IMG/VR virus record: IMGVR_UViG_3300037961_006532
Span: 55,767-75,766 of that record
Direction: 5' to 3' (one strand)
Origin: an uncultured virus (IMG/VR IMGVR_UViG_3300037961_006532)
Taxonomy: Duplodnaviria > Heunggongvirae > Uroviricota > Caudoviricetes
DNA: 20,000 nucleotides
Shown here: positions 16,228-20,000 of the stretch, one piece after another
How positions within the stretch are numbered: the first letter of the stretch is position 1
How the letters are laid out: each line of letters opens with the position of its first letter
Made by a program: the position numbers and the translations under genes
Notes under the pieces: model-generated
Database searches by the model: none
What the model was told of the DNA's origin: nothing
Seen by the model: the letters and a program-made list of their open reading frames with translations, nothing else

Positions 16228-16371
16228 ATGAATAAAAATAAAGTATTATTCTATGCGTCGTTACTATCAGTAGTTGCATCAATTGCAATCTTTCAAAGTG
16301 ATCCTATCAGTGGTATCTTTGTTGGGTTGTGGGCGCCTACTTTAATGACGCTTTCGAACAGGTATCAATAA
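16228..16371 (+). CDS. Small two-helix membrane protein (47 aa; not in the ORF track)
   Basis: SD AAGGGG; MNKNKVLFYASLLSVVASIAIFQSDPISGIFVGLWAPTLMTLSNRYQ*. Confidence 0.75.
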   Translation: MNKNKVLFYASLLSVVASIAIFQSDPISGIFVGLWAPTLMTLSNRYQ

Positions 16372-16377
16372 GATACT

Positions 16378-16403
16378 GACCTAAGTAAGTCTATAAACTG
16401 CTT
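16378..16403 (+). ncRNA. Putative H-type pseudoknot RNA motif, copy 2
   Basis: GAC-CTAAGTAA-GTC-TATAAAC-TGCTT. Stem GAC/GTC; loop AAGTA pairs with TGCTT (one U-G wobble). Confidence 0.55.
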
Positions 16404-16426
16404 TTAATTTTTAACGGAGATATTAT

Positions 16427-16564
16427 ATGGTTATATTTAAATGGGTAACAGTTGCATTGATAGCAATATCATTGTATATGGATTTAAAATTAGAGTATTG
16501 GTCTACTCTTTCAGTAATAAATGTTTGTGCATTAGCAGTTATATTAGCGAGTGATCCTAGATGA
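16427..16564 (+). CDS. Small membrane protein (45 aa; not in the ORF track)
   Basis: SD GGAG; MVIFKWVTVALIAISLYMDLKLEYWSTLSVINVCALAVILASDPR*; ATGA overlap with the next ORF. Confidence 0.65.
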   Translation: MVIFKWVTVALIAISLYMDLKLEYWSTLSVINVCALAVILASDPR

Positions 16565-16725
16565 ATTTTGATGATTGTCTAAAAATAGTAGAGATGTGCG
16601 TCAAAGGAGAGATTGAAGTAGTTGAAGCTGAAGACGGCGCCGGGTGCACAGAAATAAAAATTATTAAACAAGCGTGGAAAAGAATTAAGCGTTCAGCAAA
16701 GGATAATGAAGCACAATGGACGTAA
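16561..16725 (+). CDS. Small hypothetical protein (54 aa; not in the ORF track)
   Basis: ATGA coupling; MNFDDCLKIVEMCVKGEIEVVEAEDGAGCTEIKIIKQAWKRIKRSAKDNEAQWT*. Confidence 0.65.
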   Translation: MNFDDCLKIVEMCVKGEIEVVEAEDGAGCTEIKIIKQAWKRIKRSAKDNEAQWT

Positions 16726-16835
16726 CTGAACTAATGATAGATCTTATGACAATAGATAACTATGAATGGATTTGGTTAATTGTTCTTGCTTTACCTGCTT
16801 GGTTTTATTACGCTTATATTACGTTTAAAGATTAA
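16716..16835 (+). CDS. Small single-pass membrane protein (39 aa; not in the ORF track)
   Basis: MDVTELMIDLMTIDNYEWIWLIVLALPAWFYYAYITFKD*; its stop overlaps the convergent large gene (TTAA). Confidence 0.55.
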   Translation: MDVTELMIDLMTIDNYEWIWLIVLALPAWFYYAYITFKD

Positions 16836-19800
16836 AGTTCAGTTACTTTACCTTGCGGAGTCACATCTGGAATAGTTACATTAGCAGTTTGTAACTGATA
16901 TCTAGGAGTACCTGCATTATCACTTAAAGCATTCATAGCTGCTTGTATATCATCAAACATTTCTTTTGTAAAAGTTCTAGTTCTCATATTTGTATTAGCA
17001 TTAATTTGATTAGCATTTTCAAATGTATAATCATCAGGTTCCATTGCGTTATTATCATCGTTCATGAACGTTGTAACTCTTCTAAGATTATGTGAATTAG
17101 CTTCTGTGTTTCCGTTTAAATATTCAATATCTGGGTATGTAGATGAAATAAATTCACTGCTTAATAAGTCATTATCTACACCAAATTTTTTAATATAATT
17201 AAATTCATCATCAGGTGTTTGTTGAGCTAAACCTAAAAATACTAACTCTTTTCCATGTATAGCGAATATAGGTGAACTTGAATCTCCAATTCTGTCCCAA
17301 TATTCATCAAAGTAAGCCGAACTCCATTTAAAGTTATCTTGCTTCCATTGAGGGAATTTAGCCCCGGTATTTACTCTATATTGTAATTGATTAGTACTAA
17401 AATTGCATTGATTAATATAAACTTTATGTGTTTTACCTACCATTAATCCCCAGAAATCAAAATCATATTTTATACCTTCATTAAAAGTTGAAATGAACGT
17501 GTTATCGATTGATGATGTTGCCTTATCAAATGTTGCTGTATATTTTCCATCAACATTTAATTTAATTTCAGGTAATAAATCTCTAGGTAAAAATTTTACT
17601 GTATCAATTCCACTTAATGTTATTTCTTCATCTAAATGAAAAATACTGTAATCATTTAATTGAGTAGAGGTATCTTCTAACCCAATAGTATAATTAGTAC
17701 CGTCGAAAGTAAAAGATCCAGTACCACCTTCAATACTATAATAAGCCCCATTTGTTAATTCACTAGATGATAAATCACAATATGAAGTTGTACCTACTAT
17801 TTGAAATTCGTTATTCATATTCATGAAAGGAATTTTTACATCACCGCCATTCCATCTACTATTCGGAAAATCATCTCTTATGTGTTTTACAGTCATAACA
17901 TGTCTAGGAGATAATAAAACAAATCTTGTTCTAAATGCTTGGACATTAGCTAATGTCGATACACATGTAATAGGTTGATAATTAAACCACATATCAGGGT
18001 TTCTTTTTACATGATATTGAGAGACATGAAGATCATCCCAGTAAGGATAACCTTGATTAGATTCATGAGTAGGAGGACTTCCTACTTTACGAGATAAATA
18101 GTTAGTTGTAGAATTTATAGGATCAAAATTTAAAGCACTAACATTTTTATTTTCAGTAGAAGCACTTAATGATAATGCATAACTTCCATTTACAGTTCTT
18201 ACTAAAGGAGTACCTGCACTTAAACCGTGCATAGTAGATGATAAACTTAATAATCCTAATGAAGACCAATCTGCAGTTTTATTATCTAATGCATCCCTTA
18301 CGATACTATCGTCAAACGGACTATCTACTATCATTTTATACCCTTTAGGTTGTCTTTTAGACCACATTGGGTTATCAAATAATCTACGTTTTTCAAGTAT
18401 AGGAGGGTTACCGACACCTCTATTTCTATATTCTACATTAGCGTTTTCAAAAAATGTAGTAATGCCTGCAGATAAATTAGTTTCGTCATATTGATAATCA
18501 CTTATCTGAGGGTTAGTAGTCAATCCATACTTTACATGTCTTATTCTATCGTCATAAGAATTAGTGCCTATATTTTCAGTATAAAATCCTGTTAAAGGTG
18601 CATCATCAGTAAATTGAGTTAATGGAAAATGGTATAAATCTCCTTTTATATTAGTACCGATTTTCATATCATAAACTTTACCGAAAAAGTCTAATTGATT
18701 CTCTGCATAAGGAATTTTAAAAGGTGCATCTCCAAATGGATTAGTAAAAGGAAATTCAAGACTATTTATACCTGTTATCCAATCAAATGATTTTTTACCA
18801 TCAGTTCTTAAATTACTTGCTCCCACTGCAGGGTCATTGGTTGATATAGCGTTTGTATGTGTATAACCGTAAACTATTTTATGATGATCATATACTAATG
18901 AATTAGGCCCTCCTGATATATAATGATTAGTAAGCTCTGACCCATTCATGAAGAGAGATACTATATTACCTTCAGACCCTTCAGGTTTAATAACCGATCT
19001 AAAAGTGTATTTATTATTAGATGATTCATCATATAATGCACTTAATCTTAAATAAGTTGTATTACGAAATCTTTCATATAAAAAATATGCAAGTATGCCC
19101 CTCGGTATGTCGGGGTTTGCAGATGCTGCTGTAAACTGAACTGATCTTTGCCTGGGGTTTACAATCATTGAATGTTTACCATATGCAGATAATGAAGGAA
19201 TATAGTTTACATAATTAAAAAATAAAAAGTTAGACTCATGATTAGTATCAGGTTCAAATGAAAATTCCCAATAATGTTCATGCGCACTATACGATTCATT
19301 AACCATTGATAATGGATATCCTATATCTTTATATTCATTATAAAGTTCTATACTACTCCAATCAGCTGGATTAGGTATTGCTTCACCCCAAGTTTGATTA
19401 TAAGTCTGATTAAAGTATTTTTTAGAATAAAAACTACCTAAAGGATATTGCCCTGTCTTTCTAGCAAAATTAGTACTACTATCATCTGGATAAGCATGAC
19501 ATTGAAACCCTAAATTACTAAACTTTAACCCGTAATCAGTAGTATTAGCCCCTCCTAGATAAGCAAAATATGGCCCTGGTATTTGTGCATCAGCTGCTCC
19601 TGAACCTCCTTCTTCAGTAGTTTCTGGATCAGGATCAGGATTTCGATCTCTATTTTCTAATAAGACTTTTCTAGATTGAACTGCAGTATTAGTTTTTAAA
19701 TTATAAAATCTATCATACATTTCATTAGTCTCTCTATTCATTTCTCTAAACACTAAAACGTTATCATTAATTTGCCATTTAAGTAAATTATGCGTCCATT

Positions 19801-20000
19801 GAATATTAGTTACGTTCCCATCAGAGGCTCTAACTAATAGTCTATTAGTTTCATAATTAGGTTGAACAGAATAAGTTACGACAGGTTCAGGTTTTAAATC
19901 GATAATATTTTCATAAATTAATTTTTTATCTATAGTAGTTTTATTATCAATAATAACTTGACGCTCTTTATAATGCTTTTGATCTCTATCATACTTTACT
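16832..20000 (-). CDS. Large putative virion protein (>1050 aa, 5' end outside the window) with C-terminal trypsin-like serine protease domain
   Basis: The frame stays open from 19753 to the window edge (checked codon by codon). The C-terminal region has LLSPRHVMTVKH, DYSIFHL and GDSSSP in the S1 protease triad order. Confidence 0.75.
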   Translation of the reverse strand, partial: VKYDRDQKHYKERQVIIDNKTTIDKKLIYENIIDLKPEPVVTYSVQPNYETNRLLVRASDGNVTNIQWTHNLLKWQINDNVLVFREMNRETNEMYDRFYNLKTNTAVQSRKVLLENRDRNPDPDPETTEEGGSGAADAQIPGPYFAYLGGANTTDYGLKFSNLGFQCHAYPDDSSTNFARKTGQYPLGSFYSKKYFNQTYNQTWGEAIPNPADWSSIELYNEYKDIGYPLSMVNESYSAHEHYWEFSFEPDTNHESNFLFFNYVNYIPSLSAYGKHSMIVNPRQRSVQFTAASANPDIPRGILAYFLYERFRNTTYLRLSALYDESSNNKYTFRSVIKPEGSEGNIVSLFMNGSELTNHYISGGPNSLVYDHHKIVYGYTHTNAISTNDPAVGASNLRTDGKKSFDWITGINSLEFPFTNPFGDAPFKIPYAENQLDFFGKVYDMKIGTNIKGDLYHFPLTQFTDDAPLTGFYTENIGTNSYDDRIRHVKYGLTTNPQISDYQYDETNLSAGITTFFENANVEYRNRGVGNPPILEKRRLFDNPMWSKRQPKGYKMIVDSPFDDSIVRDALDNKTADWSSLGLLSLSSTMHGLSAGTPLVRTVNGSYALSLSASTENKNVSALNFDPINSTTNYLSRKVGSPPTHESNQGYPYWDDLHVSQYHVKRNPDMWFNYQPITCVSTLANVQAFRTRFVLLSPRHVMTVKHIRDDFPNSRWNGGDVKIPFMNMNNEFQIVGTTSYCDLSSSELTNGAYYSIEGGTGSFTFDGTNYTIGLEDTSTQLNDYSIFHLDEEITLSGIDTVKFLPRDLLPEIKLNVDGKYTATFDKATSSIDNTFISTFNEGIKYDFDFWGLMVGKTHKVYINQCNFSTNQLQYRVNTGAKFPQWKQDNFKWSSAYFDEYWDRIGDSSSPIFAIHGKELVFLGLAQQTPDDEFNYIKKFGVDNDLLSSEFISSTYPDIEYLNGNTEANSHNLRRVTTFMNDDNNAMEPDDYTFENANQINANTNMRTRTFTKEMFDDIQAAMNALSDNAGTPRYQLQTANVTIPDVTPQGKVTEL

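Noticed and set aside
19625..19643. Short GGATCA tandem repeat
   Set aside because: It encodes a PDPDP linker in the large protein, is too short and is in-frame, so it is not a phase-variation tract.
19751..19753. GTG at 19753 as the start of the large minus-strand gene
   Set aside because: The frame remains open to the window edge with similar composition, so the true start is probably beyond 20000.
1..20000. Stop-codon reassignment (code 15 or 4)
   Set aside because: Long genes are intact under the standard code, TGA and TAG end genes at coupled or convergent junctions, and neither tRNA is a suppressor.
1..20000. CRISPR array, integrase/transposase, intron or intein
   Set aside because: I saw no regularly spaced repeats and no recombinase, homing-endonuclease or splicing motifs.

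Overview
AT-rich, very densely coded fragment that reads as part of a large tailed-phage genome. The host cannot be determined from the sequence, and the standard genetic code gives long ORFs. Two interleaved gene classes are visible. (1) Likely late genes, mostly preceded by TAAATA-N5-ATG with no Shine-Dalgarno site: large virion-type proteins, two paralogous fibres with peptidase-S74 chaperones, a Cys-rich LRR-like protein, a GT9-like and a GT-A glycosyltransferase, and a PAPS sulfotransferase. A >1050-aa protein ending in a trypsin-like protease domain probably also belongs here; its start is outside the window. (2) Plus-strand, likely early/middle genes, many behind a GGAAC-N4-ATATAAT promoter (6 exact copies): a RadA/Sms-like ATPase with a C-terminal wHTH, a DUF932 protein, a DksA/TraR-type Zn finger, many small ORFs, and tRNA-Leu(TAA) and tRNA-Arg(TCT). 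The most interesting signals are a candidate late-expressed virion glycosylation/sulfation system with possible Cys and L-S-A target sites, a twice-repeated covarying pseudoknot RNA motif just after stop codons, the two promoter classes, and systematic 4-nt convergent stop overlaps. All family calls come from motifs read by eye; no database searches were run.
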